DNA of 63,944 bases, filler included, from Choristocarpus tenellus KU-1152 (taxonomy: Eukaryota > Protista > Phaeophyceae): assembly GCA_964200185.2 (NCBI GenBank). It is 9 parts of 9 records of this genome, joined end to end, with 100 filler letters (N's around TTAATTAATTAA, not from the genome) between each part and the next. Parts side by side here need not be neighbours in the genome. Positions count along the whole stretch, not along the records: positions 54,531 to 63,944 come from CAXNAD020003694.1; 8 more parts are not named here. One strand, 5' to 3'. The number at the start of each line of letters is the position of its first letter. The stretch's first letter is position 1. The position numbers were made by a program, and so were the translations under genes. The notes under the pieces are model-generated. The model did no database searches, was not told where the DNA came from, and was given only the letters and a program-made list of their open reading frames with translations. This document shows, piece by piece, positions 62,961 to 63,944 of the stretch.

Positions 62961-63944
62961 CAGATGCAGGTACTTACTACATTCAATGTGGTTGACTGCG
63001 CCGTGATGTGCCTGGGTGCAGCATTTTTTCTTCTTTGTCACTATTACTGTACTACAATGGCACTAGTTCAAAGTAACATTTGAGCTCGTACTATAACCAA
63101 CTGCTTCTACCGCTGGTCGCGAGCACCGGAAGGTCATGTCTCAATATTGTTTACCTGCAGATCACTTCTCACAAGAGACGGAAGTGAAAACCCATCAAAA
63201 GGAAAAAAAATATTGCAGAACTAATTAAGTAGCGCATTACAAATAATATTGCTTCAAACAAAAAAAAGCAAGGAGACTGCTCCATCCACTCTTTTTTTCT
63301 ATGGTCAAATAACTTTTGGAACCAAATAAGAAAAAACACTCCAGAAGCACGCCCTGAACACTTCCGGCATGGCCACACAGTGCATGTGCACCACATCATG
63401 TCCCTAGTACTGTGCCAATGCCACAGCAACCTACTAGAACACTTGTCAGTTGTATCAGAGAGACCTTGACCTCACGACCAGAGCGGGGTGGGTACAAGTC
63501 AAGATAAAACAAGGTACAGCAGTCTTACCCCTCAACCAACAATATGACACCGTCCCCTTCACTGTACCACCAAAACATCATCAGAGTTCTCAAGCCTCAA
63601 AGCACAAGCCAGGTCAAGACATCCCTTCACTCTTTGAGGCTAATCACTCTCCCACTGTCTGTGAAAGAAAACAAAACATATTGTGCTAGGGCTCTCTGCC
63701 TCCCTCGAATTCATCCACCAGACACAAAATTAAACGTCTCAGCAGAAAAGTGATCGGTGTGAGGATATACAATCACAATAAAGGAGAGGGGGGAACAGGC
63801 AAGCTTCAGAAAATGGACCCCAGAGGAGGCAGGTAGAAAGGCAGGCGGGAGAGGGAAAGACGGTGGGAGGGGGGGGGGGGGGGGAGCAGGGCACTCCTTG
63901 GTTTAGAGTGATCTACATGGTGCTGGGCTCTTCAATTCCTAGTG

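Overview
This is eukaryotic nuclear DNA, not prokaryotic. Nine short contigs are joined by artificial 100-nt linkers (N44-TTAATTAATTAA-N44). GT-AG introns are dense, and one protein has a bipartite signal peptide followed by an 'AEG-F' plastid transit motif. Both point to a photosynthetic stramenopile, probably a brown alga (inference). I reconstructed five host genes by manual splicing. Four are complete: a MORN-repeat protein in which almost every exon is exactly one repeat, a CD20/MS4A-like four-TM protein with a Cys-rich loop, an MFSD6-like MFS transporter, and a plastid-targeted YkgJ/CxxCxxCC protein. The fifth is a partial type II membrane protein. Much of the rest is transposon-derived: two plant-type mariner remnants with Stowaway-like TIRs, Ty3/Gypsy gag-protease with LTR and PBS, an inverted second LTR, and RTE LINE and hAT fragments. 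The most notable system is a decayed, intron-rich Sola2-like DDD transposase gene (about 29.6-35.0 kb, minus strand) with putative C-terminal Tudor-like domains. It comes with two related MITE families (11 copies, CAAAGTATCT TIR core, 4-bp TSDs), and one copy sits right at the transposase HGK motif. A roughly 55-bp self-complementary unit also forms mixed-orientation clusters in TA-rich DNA at three loci. All family assignments come from motif recognition by eye; no database searches were run.
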